From positions 5,621 to 69,620 of the forward strand of contig CBFGRM010000001.1 of assembly GCA_965651205.1 (NCBI GenBank): 64,000 bases of DNA, in the 5' to 3' direction. The notes beneath the pieces were generated by a model. That model was given only the letters and a program-made list of their open reading frames with translations. It did no database searches and was not told the DNA's origin. The translations under genes and the position numbers were made by a program. Source of the DNA: an uncultured bacterium. Lineage in GTDB: Bacteria > Gemmatimonadota > Gemmatimonadetes > Gemmatimonadales > GWC2-71-9. Shown here piece by piece: positions 1-11,405 of this stretch; positions within the stretch are counted from its first letter, which is position 1, and every line of letters begins with the position of its first letter.

Positions 1-1
1 C

Positions 2-757
2 GTACACCATCGACACGATGTTGACCGCGGTGCCGAGTGTGTCGGGGATCTCGTGCAGGCGACGGTAGTCGATCGCCCTGCGGGTGTTCCAGGAGTCGAA
101 GACCGCCGCGATCGCTCCCCAGAGCTGCTCCATCGGCGACTCGGGGAATGCGCCCCGGTCACCGGCTTCGGCGATGGTCTTGAAGCGCGCGACGGTGGCC
201 CTGAGCGCGGCAACCGGCAGGTCGATCGCCTGTTTCACATCGTGGGCCTCTAGAGTCTCGTCGATCACCGCATCGAACGGCGCCTTGGGCAGGTCGAGCA
301 CCACCGCGGCGTACATCTGCACGAAGCGGCGGTAGCAGTCCCACGCAAAGCTGGCATTCCCGGACCGGCGCGCCAGCGCCTCCACAGTTTCGTCGTTGAG
401 GCCGAGGTTGAGGATCGTGTCCATCATTCCCGGCATCGATACCGCGGCACCAGATCGTACCGACACCAGCAGGGGATTCTCGCTGCCGCCGAACTCCTTC
501 CCGGTGGCGGCTTCGAGTCGTTGCAGTGCCTGCTCGACTTCGCGACGCAGACGGGCCGGAAACGAGTGAGTGTCGATCCAGGTCTGGCAGAGTGTTGCCG
601 AGATGGTGAATCCCGGCGGCACCGGGATCCCGAGATTGGTCATCTCGGCCAGTCCGGCCCCCTTGCCGCCGAGGATGTCCTTCATCGCCGAGGTGCCGTC
701 GGCACGACCTTGGCCGAACGAGTACACCAACGGTTGCTGCTGGAAAGTCTCGGTCAT
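2..757 (-). CDS. ppdK: pyruvate, phosphate dikinase (N-terminal part, truncated by window edge)
   Basis: Not in the ORF track; hand translation from ATG at 757 gives MTETFQQQPLVYSFGQGRADGTSAMKDILGGKGAGLAEMTNLGIPVPPGFTI, the PPDK N-terminal signature. ATG overlaps the purF stop (ATGA). Confidence 0.95.
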   Translation of the reverse strand, partial: MTETFQQQPLVYSFGQGRADGTSAMKDILGGKGAGLAEMTNLGIPVPPGFTISATLCQTWIDTHSFPARLRREVEQALQRLEAATGKEFGGSENPLLVSVRSGAAVSMPGMMDTILNLGLNDETVEALARRSGNASFAWDCYRRFVQMYAAVVLDLPKAPFDAVIDETLEAHDVKQAIDLPVAALRATVARFKTIAEAGDRGAFPESPMEQLWGAIAAVFDSWNTRRAIDYRRLHEIPDTLGTAVNIVSMVY

Positions 758-2148
758 CCAGTTGCTCCGATGGTCGGGGCGGTCCAGCGGTGCTCGAGGG
801 CGTCCTCCGCCAGCGGCGTCGGATAATCGCCCGAGAAGCAGGCGTGGCACCAGTCGCCGTGATGGCTGGTGGCGTCGATCATTTCATCCAGCGTCAGGTA
901 CTCCAGCGAGTCCACGCCGAGGTACTGGGCGATCTCGTCGCGGCTGTGGCTGGCCGCGATCAGCTCCGATCGGGTCGGCGTGTCGATGCCGTACAGGCAG
1001 GGTCCGGTGATCGGTGGTGATGCGATGCGCAGGTGAACCTCACGAGCACCGGCGCCCCGGATCAACTGTACCAGGCCCTTGCTGGTGGTGCCGCGCACCA
1101 GTGAGTCGTCGACCACCACCACGCTTCGGCCCTTGATGACCTCGCGAACCGGGTTGAACTTGATCCGCACCTTGGCCACCCGGAGCGCCTGGGTGGGGTT
1201 GATGAATGTGCGACCGACATAGTGATTGCGGATCAGGCCGTGTTCCAGCTTGACACCGCTCACTTCGGAGTAGCCCAGAGCCATCACGTTGGCCGAGTCG
1301 GGCACCGAGAACACCACGTCGGCGCCCGGCGCCGCGTGGTGCCTGGCGAGCTGGCGACCGAGTTCGCGGCGCACGCCATCGACCGATTCCCCGAAGATGG
1401 TGGAATCGGGCCTGGAGAAGTACACCAGTTCGAAGATGCAGCGGGTGACGCGTCGGGGCAGCAACGGCTTGAGGTCCGTGATGATGCCGTCGTCGACACG
1501 GATGAAGTCACCCGGCTGCAGTTCCCGCTCCACGGTTGCACCCACCAGGTCGAAGGCACAGGTCTCGCTGGCCAGCACCACACCCTGGCCGATCCGGCCC
1601 ACGAACAGGGGCCGGAAGCCGCGCGAATCCACCGCCGCGTACAGCGTGCGTCCCACGCTGATGATCACCGTGCAAGCTCCCTCGGCGCGCTCGATCGCCT
1701 CGCGGATCTGCGCTTCAGGTGTCGGGGCGTTGCTGCGTGCGATCAGGTGGATCAGCGCCTCGGTGTCACTCGAGGACTGGAAGATCGCGCCTTCCTCGGT
1801 GAGCTCGTCGCGCAGGTCCTGGGCGTTGGTGAGGTTGCCGTTGTGGGCCAGTGACAGCGGCCCCTCGCGGTAGTTGACCAGGTAGGGCTGGGCGTTGGCG
1901 AGCACCGTGCTGCCGGCGGTGGAGTACCGGGTGTGTCCCACCGCGACATCGCCCTCCAGCTCACGAAACCGCTGTTCGTCGAACAGGTCGGCTACCAGCC
2001 CCATACCGCGGTGGATCCGCGCCTTGCCACCGTGGTCCAGCGCGACGATCCCCGCACTCTCCTGGCCACGGTGCTGCAGCGCATAGAGGCCGAGATATGC
2101 CACCCGAGCTGCGCCGTCGAGACCCGAGACTCCGAAGATGCCGCACAT
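754..2148 (-). CDS. purF: amidophosphoribosyltransferase
   Basis: N-terminal MCGIFG (Ntn Cys), QHRGQESAG, GHTRYSTAG, PRT motif VVVVDDSLVRGTT. Confidence 0.98.
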   Translation of the reverse strand: MCGIFGVSGLDGAARVAYLGLYALQHRGQESAGIVALDHGGKARIHRGMGLVADLFDEQRFRELEGDVAVGHTRYSTAGSTVLANAQPYLVNYREGPLSLAHNGNLTNAQDLRDELTEEGAIFQSSSDTEALIHLIARSNAPTPEAQIREAIERAEGACTVIISVGRTLYAAVDSRGFRPLFVGRIGQGVVLASETCAFDLVGATVERELQPGDFIRVDDGIITDLKPLLPRRVTRCIFELVYFSRPDSTIFGESVDGVRRELGRQLARHHAAPGADVVFSVPDSANVMALGYSEVSGVKLEHGLIRNHYVGRTFINPTQALRVAKVRIKFNPVREVIKGRSVVVVDDSLVRGTTSKGLVQLIRGAGAREVHLRIASPPITGPCLYGIDTPTRSELIAASHSRDEIAQYLGVDSLEYLTLDEMIDATSHHGDWCHACFSGDYPTPLAEDALEHRWTAPTIGATG

Positions 2149-2151
2149 TGT

Positions 2152-4443
2152 TCAGTCCTTCCTGCCACCAGGTGAGCCACCCATTCGCCTGGGCAGTGCA
2201 TTGAGGAAAATCTGCCGCAACGATGCCGACTGCCACTTCCACTGCCGATCCTCGCGCCTGACGATGATCTCTCCACCAGTATCGCCCACTTGCCCGAGGT
2301 AATGACACGGCAGGCCGAAACCGGCCGCGAGCTGCTGCAACGCCAGCACGTCGGCCGGACTGGCGGACACGATTGCCCGGGCGCCGTCTTCACCGAACAG
2401 CCAGCCGTCATCGGCCACTGCCTCGGCGTGCGCGTCGAGGTTCACCTCGGCACCGAAGGTGGCAGTCGCCCACGCCCCGCCGATGCAGCACTCGGCCAGT
2501 GCCACCGCCAGCCCGCCGTCGCTCAGGTCGTGCGCCGAGACCATCAGGCCGCGCCTTGCCGCAGCGACCAGGAACTGTTGCAGGCTGCGCTCCAGCTCGA
2601 GGTCGATCGGCGGCGGCGAGCCGGCCACGGTGTCGAGCACCTCGGCCCAGTAGGCCGAACCACCGAGGTGGCCATTGGTGTGCCCGATCAGCAGGATGGC
2701 GTCACCGGCACTCCGGAAGTGACTCGGTACGGCCTGGGTCACGTCTTCCAGCAGGCCGATCATTCCCACCGTCGGCGTCGGATCGATCGCACCCGTGGGA
2801 GACTGATTGTACAACGACACGTTGCCGCCGGTCACCGGAGTGTCAAACGCCCGACACGCATCGGATATCCCGCGGCAGGCTTCGCGGAACTGGAAGAACA
2901 CATCCGGGCGCTCGGGGTTGCCGAAGTTGAGGCAGTCGGTGATGCCGAGTGGCTGGGCCCCGGTGCAGGCAATGTTGCGTGCGGCCTCGGCGACCACGCC
3001 CTTGCCGCCCTCGTACGGATCGAGCAGCACGTGCCGGGCGTTGCAGTCCACGGTCATCGCGAGTGCGAACGAGGTGTCCTCGACCTGCAGCACTCCTGCG
3101 TCGCCGCCCGGCGTGATCACGCTCAGGCCACGCACGGTGGTATCGAACTGCTCGAACACCCAGCGCTTGCTGGCGATGGTAGGCGCGTCCAGGAGCTGCT
3201 CAAGAGCTGCGACGTGGTCGGGTGCCCGCCCGGAAGGACTGGCTGCGCGGCGTGCGACGGCTGCCTCCGATTCCGCGGCATCCGGATAGTAGACGGGACA
3301 GCCATCAACCAGTTGCTGCCCGGGAATCGACGCCACCAGGCGGCCGTCGTGGATGATCCGGTAAAGGCCGTCGTCCGTGATCCTGCCGATGACGGCCGCC
3401 TCAAGCTCCCACTTGCGGCAAACCGACACGATCTCGTCGACCCGATGCGGCTCCGCCACCACCAGCATTCGTTCCTGCGATTCCGAGAGCATTATCTCGT
3501 ACGGGGTCATTCCGGGTTCACGAGTCGGCACCGCGCTGGTGTCCAGTTCGACGCCCACACCGCCGCGCGCCGCCATTTCCGCGGACGAAGAAGTGAGTCC
3601 CGCTGCACCCATATCCTGGATCGCGACGATGTAGTCGCCGTGGATCAGTTCGAGTGAGGCCTCAAGCAACAGCTTCTCGGTGAACGGATCGCCTACCTGT
3701 ACCTGCGGTCTCCGTGCCTCGCTGGCGGCAGTGAGATCCTCGGAGGCGAACGACGCCCCGTGGATACCGTCGCGTCCGGTGCGAGCACCGACAGCGATCA
3801 GCAGGTTTCCGACACCCTGCGCCTTGGCGGTGATCAGGTCGTCTGCCCTCAGCAGCCCGACCGCCATCGCATTCACCAGCGGATTGCCGCTGTAGCCGGG
3901 GGCGAACACCACCTCGCCACCCAATGTCGGAACGCCAACGCAGTTCCCGTAGTCGCCCACGCCCTTGACGATGCCGGCGAACAGGTAGCGATTGCGAGCA
4001 TCATCGAGCGGCCCCAGGCGAAGCGAGTTGAGCAGCGCCACCGGACGGGCACCCATCGTGAACACGTCGCGCAGGATGCCGCCCACACCGGTCGCGGCAC
4101 CCTGGTACGGTTCCACTGCGCTGGGGTGATTGTGCGATTCGATCTTGAACGCCACCGCCCATCCGTCGGGCAGCCGCAGCACACCGGCGTTCTCGCCGGG
4201 ACCCTGCAGCACCTGGGCGCCCTCGGTGGGGAACTGCCTGAGGATCGGCTTGGTGTGCTTGTACGAACAGTGCTCCGACCAGAGCGCGGAAAAGATCCCG
4301 AGTTCGGTGAGTGTCGGCGTGCGGCCACCGAGCAGTTCGAGAATCGCCGCGTACTCGGTCGCATTGAGCTTGTGCTCGGCCACAACCTCGTCGGTGACCG
4401 GACGCTCGCCGGGGAATCCCTCGGGGGTCATCGTCGTGGTCAC
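2152..4443 (-). CDS. purL: phosphoribosylformylglycinamidine synthase subunit PurL (small type)
   Basis: [39 protein letters not shown] motifs. Confidence 0.98.
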   Translation of the reverse strand: MTTTMTPEGFPGERPVTDEVVAEHKLNATEYAAILELLGGRTPTLTELGIFSALWSEHCSYKHTKPILRQFPTEGAQVLQGPGENAGVLRLPDGWAVAFKIESHNHPSAVEPYQGAATGVGGILRDVFTMGARPVALLNSLRLGPLDDARNRYLFAGIVKGVGDYGNCVGVPTLGGEVVFAPGYSGNPLVNAMAVGLLRADDLITAKAQGVGNLLIAVGARTGRDGIHGASFASEDLTAASEARRPQVQVGDPFTEKLLLEASLELIHGDYIVAIQDMGAAGLTSSSAEMAARGGVGVELDTSAVPTREPGMTPYEIMLSESQERMLVVAEPHRVDEIVSVCRKWELEAAVIGRITDDGLYRIIHDGRLVASIPGQQLVDGCPVYYPDAAESEAAVARRAASPSGRAPDHVAALEQLLDAPTIASKRWVFEQFDTTVRGLSVITPGGDAGVLQVEDTSFALAMTVDCNARHVLLDPYEGGKGVVAEAARNIACTGAQPLGITDCLNFGNPERPDVFFQFREACRGISDACRAFDTPVTGGNVSLYNQSPTGAIDPTPTVGMIGLLEDVTQAVPSHFRSAGDAILLIGHTNGHLGGSAYWAEVLDTVAGSPPPIDLELERSLQQFLVAAARRGLMVSAHDLSDGGLAVALAECCIGGAWATATFGAEVNLDAHAEAVADDGWLFGEDGARAIVSASPADVLALQQLAAGFGLPCHYLGQVGDTGGEIIVRREDRQWKWQSASLRQIFLNALPRRMGGSPGGRKD

Positions 4444-5141
4444 GCCGGCACCCCCGTGAGACGACAGATCAGGCCCCTGAAGAAGCGCTGGCCGACATCG
4501 GAACCCAGCACGGGGTCCGCCAACCGCTCCGGGTGGGGCATAAAGCCGACCACGTTGCCGGCCGGGTTGCAGATGCCGGCGATGTCGCGGGCGGAACCGT
4601 TGGGATTGTGGGGTGCATCGCTGCCATCGACAGCCACGTAGCGCAGCACCACCCGGTTGTCACGTTCGAGGTTCTCGAGCGTTTCGGGAGTGGCCTCGTA
4701 GCGGCCCTCTCCGTGTGCCTGCGGAATGCGGATCACCTCGCCCTGCCGGAACTCCGAGGTGCAGATCGTGCTGGTCCGTTCAATTCGAATGTCGACCGGT
4801 CGCGATGAAAACCTGCGGTTGGCGTTGTGTTGCAGTGCACCCGGGAGAAGGTGTGCCTCGCAGAGAATCTGGAAGCCGTTGCAGATGCCGAGCACTGCAC
4901 CCCCGGCCTCCGCGTGCTCCCTGATCGCCGCCATCACCGGGGCGAACCGGGCAATCGCACCGCTGCGGAGATAGTCGCCGTAGGAGAAGCCACCCGGAAG
5001 TATCACTGCATCGGCACCGCCGATGCCGCCGGCGCGATAGTCGAGCAGCACTGCCTCCGCCCCGGCCCTTTCCACGGCCCGAAGTGTCTCCACTTCGCAA
5101 TTGGTGCCGGGAAAGCGGACCACTGCAACACGTGGGCTCAC
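4440..5141 (-). CDS. purQ: FGAM synthase glutaminase subunit PurQ
   Basis: [29 protein letters not shown]; GTG at 5141 overlaps the purS stop. Confidence 0.97.
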   Translation of the reverse strand: MSPRVAVVRFPGTNCEVETLRAVERAGAEAVLLDYRAGGIGGADAVILPGGFSYGDYLRSGAIARFAPVMAAIREHAEAGGAVLGICNGFQILCEAHLLPGALQHNANRRFSSRPVDIRIERTSTICTSEFRQGEVIRIPQAHGEGRYEATPETLENLERDNRVVLRYVAVDGSDAPHNPNGSARDIAGICNPAGNVVGFMPHPERLADPVLGSDVGQRFFRGLICRLTGVPA

Positions 5142-5386
5142 CCTTCCACCGCCACGACGAAGTCCTCGGTCACGGGATTGGCGAGCAGTTGTTCGCACAT
5201 CCGCCGGGCCTCGGCCTCGGCCTTGCCGCGGTCGGCGGCTTCGATCTGCATTTCGATCGCCTTGCCGATGCGCGTGTCGCCGACACCAGCAAATCCGAGC
5301 GAGGCCAGCGCGTGTTCCACCGCCTGGCCTTGCGGATCCAGCAGGCCGGGGCGGGGCATCACGCGGATGTGGACACGAAAGTTCAT
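5138..5386 (-). CDS. purS: FGAM synthase subunit PurS
   Basis: 82 aa, LDPQG..V, RIGK, LLANPV.E; directly upstream of purQ-purL. Confidence 0.97.
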   Translation of the reverse strand: MNFRVHIRVMPRPGLLDPQGQAVEHALASLGFAGVGDTRIGKAIEMQIEAADRGKAEAEARRMCEQLLANPVTEDFVVAVEG

Positions 5387-6216
5387 CTGGGGTCCTCTGG
5401 GCGTCGTTGGTTCAGTGGGTCGGATTCGGGGTCATCACCGTTGTGTTCGTCGACTGCGTCGTCGTTGCGCTCGGTGATCGAGTGCCAGACGGCACGCACC
5501 ACACCGTAGGTGATGTAGGTGAGTGCAAGCGGGAACAGGAAATACTCCGGCACCAGAAGTCCGCCGGCGAGAATCACCAGGTACAACAGCAGGCCAAGGA
5601 TCCGCGCGGTGGAGCCGAGGCCTGCCGCCGGCCAGCGGGGATACTTGATGTTGCTCACCATCAGCACGGCGATCAGCACGGTGAGGATCGCCAGCCCTTG
5701 CTGCTGCAGGTCGAGAAAGGAGAGCGAGGCGGTGTACCACGGCGTCTGCGAGAAGGCGTAGTAGACGGCCAGCGTGGCTCCTGCGGCCGGCGACGGCAGC
5801 CCGGTGAACCAGCCAGTGGGCTTGGCCGGGACGCCTGCCAGCACATTGAAGCGTGCAAGGCGGAGCGCCGCGGCGACCACGTAGATGTAGCAGATGAGCC
5901 ACGCGAACCTGCCTGAGGTGCTGAATTCCTGCAGGTACACCAGCAACGCCGGTGCAACCCCGAACGAGATCAGGTCGACAAGCGAGTCCAGTTCGGCGCC
6001 GAAACGCGAGCCGGCGTTGGACAGTCGTGCCAGCCGGCCATCGAACATATCGAGGATCGCCGCGAACACGACGCACCAGCCGGCCCAGATGAAGTTGCCG
6101 TTGATGCCCGATACGATCGCCCAGAAGCCGAACAACAGGTTGCCGAGGGTGAAGGCGCTTGGCACCACCACGACGACGCGGCGAATCCTGCCGCGGCTGT
6201 TCGTCTCGGTTCTCAC
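5383..6216 (-). CDS. pssA: CDP-diacylglycerol--serine O-phosphatidyltransferase
   Basis: PSAFTLGNL, DMFDGRLAR..FGAELDSLVDLISFGVAP CDP-alcohol phosphotransferase motif, RLARFN; GTG at 6216 coupled to the psd stop. Confidence 0.93.
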   Translation of the reverse strand: MRTETNSRGRIRRVVVVVPSAFTLGNLLFGFWAIVSGINGNFIWAGWCVVFAAILDMFDGRLARLSNAGSRFGAELDSLVDLISFGVAPALLVYLQEFSTSGRFAWLICYIYVVAAALRLARFNVLAGVPAKPTGWFTGLPSPAAGATLAVYYAFSQTPWYTASLSFLDLQQQGLAILTVLIAVLMVSNIKYPRWPAAGLGSTARILGLLLYLVILAGGLLVPEYFLFPLALTYITYGVVRAVWHSITERNDDAVDEHNGDDPESDPLNQRRPEDPR

Positions 6217-6839
6217 TGCCACTCCGCCAGAACGGTTTCGCCGGCGCGGACATTCTGGTCCAGTTGCACCCTCACCGGCACATCGGCGGGCAGGAACACG
6301 TCCACTCGGGAACCGAACCGGATCAGCCCCATCCGCTCGCCCTGTCGCGCCGGGTGACCGACATCGTGGTCGGTGATGATTCGCCTGGCGACCAGCCCGG
6401 CGATCTGGCGCACCAGCATCGGGCCGCCCGCTGTGCGCAACCCGATGTCGCTCTGCTCGTTTTCCAGGGCCGCCTTTTCGGTGGCTGCATTGAAGAACGC
6501 GCCAGGCCGGTGGCGGCGGAAGGTGATCTCGCCGTCGGCAGGATAGCGGTTGACGTGCACGTTGAAGACGTTCATAAAGATCGAGATCCGGACGGCCGGA
6601 CCGCCCACCACCTCCGGTTCGTCGATCGGGATGATGCTCACCACCTTGCCGTCCGCCGGTGAGATCACCAGGCGTTCGCCCCGGGGACCGTTGCGGATCG
6701 GGTCGCGGAAGAACGCCACAACCCAGATCGTGATGATCGCCATCACCGCGAAGGTGATCCACCATCCGGCAATCACTGGTGCCAGGGTCATCAGTGCGGC
6801 AACAATGATGAACGGCCAGCCTTCGGGGGCAATGCGCAT
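6213..6839 (-). CDS. psd: phosphatidylserine decarboxylase proenzyme
   Basis: FFRDP.R, SPADGKV, FMNVFNVHVNR, FGSRVD self-cleavage site. Confidence 0.95.
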   Translation of the reverse strand: MRIAPEGWPFIIVAALMTLAPVIAGWWITFAVMAIITIWVVAFFRDPIRNGPRGERLVISPADGKVVSIIPIDEPEVVGGPAVRISIFMNVFNVHVNRYPADGEITFRRHRPGAFFNAATEKAALENEQSDIGLRTAGGPMLVRQIAGLVARRIITDHDVGHPARQGERMGLIRFGSRVDVFLPADVPVRVQLDQNVRAGETVLAEWQ

Positions 6840-7762
6840 CAGGCCTCCGTCACCAGGGACGTTCCGGTGAGTCGTTGGTATGCCTCGAGGTACCGCGCGC
6901 TGGTGGCGGCCACGATGTCCTCCGGGATCGGGGGCGCCGGGGCGTTGCCATCCCAGCGACCCGCTTCACGCTGGGCGTTCAACCAATCGCGCAGCGGTTG
7001 CTTGTCGAAACTTGGCTGCGAGCGTCCCGGCTCGTAGCCATCGCTGGGCCAGAAGCGTGAGGAGTCGGGGGTGAGCACCTCGTCGATCAGGAGCAGCCTG
7101 CTGTCGCGGTCGAGGCCGAACTCGAACTTGGTGTCGGCAAGGATCAGCCCCCGCGTGGCGGCGGTGTGCCGACCGGCAGCGTACAGCGCCAGCGACCGGT
7201 CGCGCAGCGCAGCCGCAAGCTCGACTCCCAGATCGCTGCGCATCCGGTCGAACGTCACGTTCTCGTCGTGACCGGTCTCCGCCTTGGTGGCCGGCGAAAA
7301 GATCGGCGGCTCCAGTGCGGCACTCTCGGTGAGATCGGGTGGCAGCGGCTGACCCGCAAGAGTGCCGTGCTTCTGGTACTCCGACCACGCCGATCCGGCG
7401 ATGAAGCCGCGCACCACGCACTCGAACGCGATCGGCACGGTGCGCCGCACCAGCATCGAACGGCCATCGACCTGGTCGCGCACCGGCGCCAGGGCGGGGA
7501 TAGCCGCGATGATGTCGTCGGTGTCAGCCGTGATGAAGTGCGACGGCGACAACGGCGCCAGGCGGCGGAACCAGTGCGCCGAGAGTTGCGTGAGCACCCG
7601 CCCCTTGTGGGGAATGGCAGGATCGAGGATCACGTCGAAGGCACTGATGCGATCGCTGGCGACCAACAACAGGTGTGCGGGATCCACCTCGTACACATCG
7701 CGGACCTTGCCGCGACGCCACAGCGGCAGCGGCAGTGAACTCTCCGCCATAGTCGACGTCAT
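6839..7762 (-). CDS. purC: phosphoribosylaminoimidazolesuccinocarboxamide synthase
   Basis: GKVRDVY, SDRISAFD, ADTKFEFG, DEVLTPDSSRFW, FDKQ.LRDWL. Confidence 0.98.
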   Translation of the reverse strand: MTSTMAESSLPLPLWRRGKVRDVYEVDPAHLLLVASDRISAFDVILDPAIPHKGRVLTQLSAHWFRRLAPLSPSHFITADTDDIIAAIPALAPVRDQVDGRSMLVRRTVPIAFECVVRGFIAGSAWSEYQKHGTLAGQPLPPDLTESAALEPPIFSPATKAETGHDENVTFDRMRSDLGVELAAALRDRSLALYAAGRHTAATRGLILADTKFEFGLDRDSRLLLIDEVLTPDSSRFWPSDGYEPGRSQPSFDKQPLRDWLNAQREAGRWDGNAPAPPIPEDIVAATSARYLEAYQRLTGTSLVTEA

Positions 7763-9198
7763 ACCCTGAGTTCCCCGGCCGCCGCGCTGCCTGCCAACGG
7801 GCGCGCAGCCGACAGCAGTGGATCCAGATACTCGGCAATGAACTCCGCGACCTGTTCGGGTGCGCGTCCCACGTAGCGAACCGGGTCCAGCTCGGCCCGG
7901 AGCCGACCCTGATCGACCGACGCGAAGGCCGGGTCGCCTGCCAGGCGCTCCAGCAAGTCGTTGCTGGCGCCCTCCGACACCCGGCGAGCCACGGCCATCG
8001 AGTGCTGCCGGATGACCTCGTGCAGCGACTGGCGATCACCGCCGGCCTGCACCGCCAGCATCAGCCATCGCTCGGTTGCCATAAAGGGCATTTGCTCCGC
8101 CACCTTCCGGGCGATAACTGCCGGGCGCACCTCCAGGCCCTTGGCGATATTGGCGGCCAGCAACAGGATTGCATCGACAGTCAGGAATGCCTCCGGCAGC
8201 GTGAGCCGACGGTTGGCCGAATCATCGAGCGTGCGTTCCAGCCACTGGGCGGCTGCGGTGTGGGCAGTGTTCTGCTGCAGCGAGATCAGGTGGCGTGCCA
8301 GTGCGTTGATCCGCTCCGAGCGCATCGGGTTGCGCTTGTAGGCCATCGCGCTCGAGCCGATCTGTTCCGACTCGAACGGCTCCAGCAACTCGCCCTCGTG
8401 CTGCAGCAGGCGAAGATCGTTGGCAAACTTGGCCGCGCTCTGTGCGATTCCGCTCAACACGTCGAGCACCTGGGCGTCTGCCTTGCGGGGATATGTCTGT
8501 CCGGTGACCGCGAACACCGCGGGATGCCCGAGCCGCTCGGCGACCCGCTGCTCCAGTCGGCGCACCTTGTCGTGATCGCCGGCGAACAGCTCGAGGAACG
8601 ACGCCTGGGTGCCGGTGGTGCCCTTGCAGCCTCGCAACCGCCAGTTGTCCAGCAGGTGAATCATCGACTCGATGTCGAGCGAAAAGTCCTGTGCCCATAG
8701 CGTGGCCCGCTTGCCCACCGTGGTGAGCTGTGCCGGCTGAAAGTGCGTGTAGGCGAGGCAGGGCAGGGCGGCGTGGGCCTCTGCCAGGTCGCGAAGCGCA
8801 TCGGCCACGGTCAGCAGCCGGCCGAGAGTCATCGTGAGGGCGTCGCGCAGGATCAGCCCGTCGGCGTTGTCGGTGACGAATGCACTTGTGGCACCCAGGT
8901 GCAGCCACGGTCGGGCGGCCGGTGCCTGTTCGCCGAAGGCGTGCACGTGTGCCATCACGTCGTGACGTAGCCGCTTCTCGTGTTCAGCGGCGCGCGCCAG
9001 GTCGGCATCGTCCAGGTGCTGCCGGATTTGGGAGATCGCCTCGTCGGGGATCGCGATGCCCAGTTCGCGCTCGGACTCTGCCAGCGCAAGCCAGACACGG
9101 CGCCACTGACCAATGCGATGCGGCTCGCTCCAGAGCTGCAGCATCGCCTGCGAGGCGTAGCGGCCGGAGAGCGGGGACTGCCAGCGTGGCTCGGTCAT
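7759..9198 (-). CDS. purB: adenylosuccinate lyase
   Basis: SPL..RYAS, RHDVMAHVH, HLGATS, GSSAMAYKRNPM signature. Confidence 0.97.
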   Translation of the reverse strand: MTEPRWQSPLSGRYASQAMLQLWSEPHRIGQWRRVWLALAESERELGIAIPDEAISQIRQHLDDADLARAAEHEKRLRHDVMAHVHAFGEQAPAARPWLHLGATSAFVTDNADGLILRDALTMTLGRLLTVADALRDLAEAHAALPCLAYTHFQPAQLTTVGKRATLWAQDFSLDIESMIHLLDNWRLRGCKGTTGTQASFLELFAGDHDKVRRLEQRVAERLGHPAVFAVTGQTYPRKADAQVLDVLSGIAQSAAKFANDLRLLQHEGELLEPFESEQIGSSAMAYKRNPMRSERINALARHLISLQQNTAHTAAAQWLERTLDDSANRRLTLPEAFLTVDAILLLAANIAKGLEVRPAVIARKVAEQMPFMATERWLMLAVQAGGDRQSLHEVIRQHSMAVARRVSEGASNDLLERLAGDPAFASVDQGRLRAELDPVRYVGRAPEQVAEFIAEYLDPLLSAARPLAGSAAAGELRV

Positions 9199-10619
9199 CA
9201 GTTCGTGAGCATCAGGTAGGAGAACTGGCCGTTGCGTTCATACCAGAGCCGGAATCGTTCGCCGGGACCGACCTGGTCCAGGGCGGCCGCGAAGTCCTTG
9301 GCCGAGCGGATCGCCGCCTGCACCTCGCGGCGACCCGACACGAAGTCGAGCCTTACGATCACGTCCCCATCGCGCAACCCGGTCAGCCTGCTCGTCTCGG
9401 GGGGAACTTCGATCAGTGCGGCACCACTCTCGGACCTGATGCCGAGTTCGGCACGGACGGCGGGAGTCACGGTGACGAGATCGAGGCCCCGAAGCCGGAT
9501 TCGTTCGGCGGTGACGGTTGGCAGGTCCACCGGCGAGATGCGGCGCTCGAGGTCGCGTCCCTGCCGGCGCAGGCGCACTTCGACCACGTCACCCACGTGA
9601 AGGTCCAGCAGCACCGCCTCCCAATCGAGATAGTTGCGGAGGCGCTTTCCGTTGGCTTCAAGCAGCACGTCGCCGGTGGTTATTCCGGCCGCCGCCGCCG
9701 GACCGTCGGGCACCACCTGCACCACCGGCACGCCGCCGGCACTCTTCCAGTCGCCCATCCGGTCGGCACCGGCAACATCGAGTCCTACCCACGCGCGTCG
9801 CACCGCGCCGTTGCGGATCAGCTCGCTGGCGACCCGCATCGCACGCTCGATCGGAATTGCGAAGCCGACACCAACCGACTCGCCGGTGTTGGAGAAGATC
9901 GAACTCGACACCCCGATCACCTCGCCGAGCGCGTTGACCAGCGGTCCACCCGAGTTGCCGGGATTGATCGCGGCGTCGGTCTGGATCATATCGTAGTAGC
10001 GGCCGGCCTGGCCGCCGCTGGGGAGGATGTTGCGGCCGGTGGCAGAGATCACGCCGGCGGTGACGGTCGGCTCGGAGTTGCCGAGCAGGAATGAGTACGG
10101 ATTGCCAAGTGCGATTGCCCATTCGCCGATCAGCAGGTTGGACGAGGAACCGATCGCGGCCACTGGCAGGCCATCGCGTTCGATCTTGACCACTGCGATG
10201 TCGGTGAGCGGATCCTCGCCCAGCACTCGGCCCTCGGCGTCGGAGCCGTCGGCAAGCGTGATTGTCAACTGTTCACTGCCGGCGACCACGTGCTGGTTGG
10301 TGAGGATGATGCCGTCCTCGCGGATCACGAAACCGGTACCGAACGATTGCGCCGTCTGCTCGCGCGGGCCGCCGAAGAAGAACGCGTCGAATGCAGAGGG
10401 CTGCACGCGCTGGCGCGTGATGGCCCGCACCGAAACAACAGCAGGGGCAACCCTTGCCGTGGCATCGACGATCGCGGTGCGTCGAGAGGCATCTATTGCC
10501 GCGCTCCGGGTGGACGCGCTTGTCGGCGGGAATGTGGGTTGCTGTGCCCGCACCGGTTCATCGGATACGCACGCTCCGATCAGGAGCGCGAGGACGGCGA
10601 CACGCGGCACCCGGCTCAC
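9198..10619 (-). CDS. degP: HtrA/DegP-family serine protease with PDZ domains
   Basis: Signal/lipoprotein-like N-terminus, GTGFVI, TNQHVV, TDIAV, DAAINPGNSGGPL, PDZ domains; start taken as the GTG overlapping the truA stop. Confidence 0.9.
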   Translation of the reverse strand: MSRVPRVAVLALLIGACVSDEPVRAQQPTFPPTSASTRSAAIDASRRTAIVDATARVAPAVVSVRAITRQRVQPSAFDAFFFGGPREQTAQSFGTGFVIREDGIILTNQHVVAGSEQLTITLADGSDAEGRVLGEDPLTDIAVVKIERDGLPVAAIGSSSNLLIGEWAIALGNPYSFLLGNSEPTVTAGVISATGRNILPSGGQAGRYYDMIQTDAAINPGNSGGPLVNALGEVIGVSSSIFSNTGESVGVGFAIPIERAMRVASELIRNGAVRRAWVGLDVAGADRMGDWKSAGGVPVVQVVPDGPAAAAGITTGDVLLEANGKRLRNYLDWEAVLLDLHVGDVVEVRLRRQGRDLERRISPVDLPTVTAERIRLRGLDLVTVTPAVRAELGIRSESGAALIEVPPETSRLTGLRDGDVIVRLDFVSGRREVQAAIRSAKDFAAALDQVGPGERFRLWYERNGQFSYLMLTN

Positions 10620-11395
10620 CAGGCCACCTCGGGACCGAGCCAGATATCCTCGGGGTACCACGCCTGAATGAAGCTCAGCCCCCGAGCGGGGGCGGGCGCT
10701 GCGGTTTCACGATTGTGTTCAAGCGCAAGCAAGTGACGCATCGATTCCTCCTGTCGATAACCCAGGCCGATCTCGACCATCGTGCCAACGAGGAAGCGCA
10801 CCATATGGTGGAGGAAGCGGTCGGCTGCGATCACCAACCGCAACAGGTGCTGTCCCTCCGGTCGCCAGGCCGATTCGCTGATCCGGCAGCGATAGTGTGG
10901 CTTGGGCTCACGCAGCACGGCAAAGGCGCGAAAGTCGTGTTCACCGGAAATGACGCTTGCAGCCCGGTCGAGCGCACCGAGGTCGAGGGGTTTGGCCAGT
11001 GGCCAGCAGGTCCGTGCCGTAAACGGCGAGCGCGCGGCTGCAGTGATGCCGATGTCGTAGTGATAACGCCGTCCCAGGGCGTGCCGACGCGCGTTGGTGC
11101 CGGGCCGAACCTCACGGATCGCGGCGACCGCGATGTCGGCTGGCAGCAGGGCATTGGCGGCGCGCAACAGATCGGCAGACTCCCATCGTGGCGGCATTTC
11201 GACGGTAACGGGCATCGCGAGGGCGTGGACACCAGCATCGGTTCGGCCGGCTGCCACCGCCTTGGTCGGCAACCCCGCGAGCCGCGACATCACCGCCTCG
11301 ACTTCGCCCTGGACCGAGCGCCCCGATGCCTGGCGCTGCCAGCCGCAGAACTCCGTCCCGTCGAACTGCAGTTTGAGGAGAAATGCGCGGCCCAT
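10616..11395 (-). CDS. truA: tRNA pseudouridine(38-40) synthase
   Basis: FDGTEFCGWQRQ, AGRTDAGVHA, GEHDFRAF, FLHHMVR..VG, APARGL. Confidence 0.97.
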   Translation of the reverse strand: MGRAFLLKLQFDGTEFCGWQRQASGRSVQGEVEAVMSRLAGLPTKAVAAGRTDAGVHALAMPVTVEMPPRWESADLLRAANALLPADIAVAAIREVRPGTNARRHALGRRYHYDIGITAAARSPFTARTCWPLAKPLDLGALDRAASVISGEHDFRAFAVLREPKPHYRCRISESAWRPEGQHLLRLVIAADRFLHHMVRFLVGTMVEIGLGYRQEESMRHLLALEHNRETAAPAPARGLSFIQAWYPEDIWLGPEVAW

Positions 11396-11405
11396 AGAGC
11401 CCACA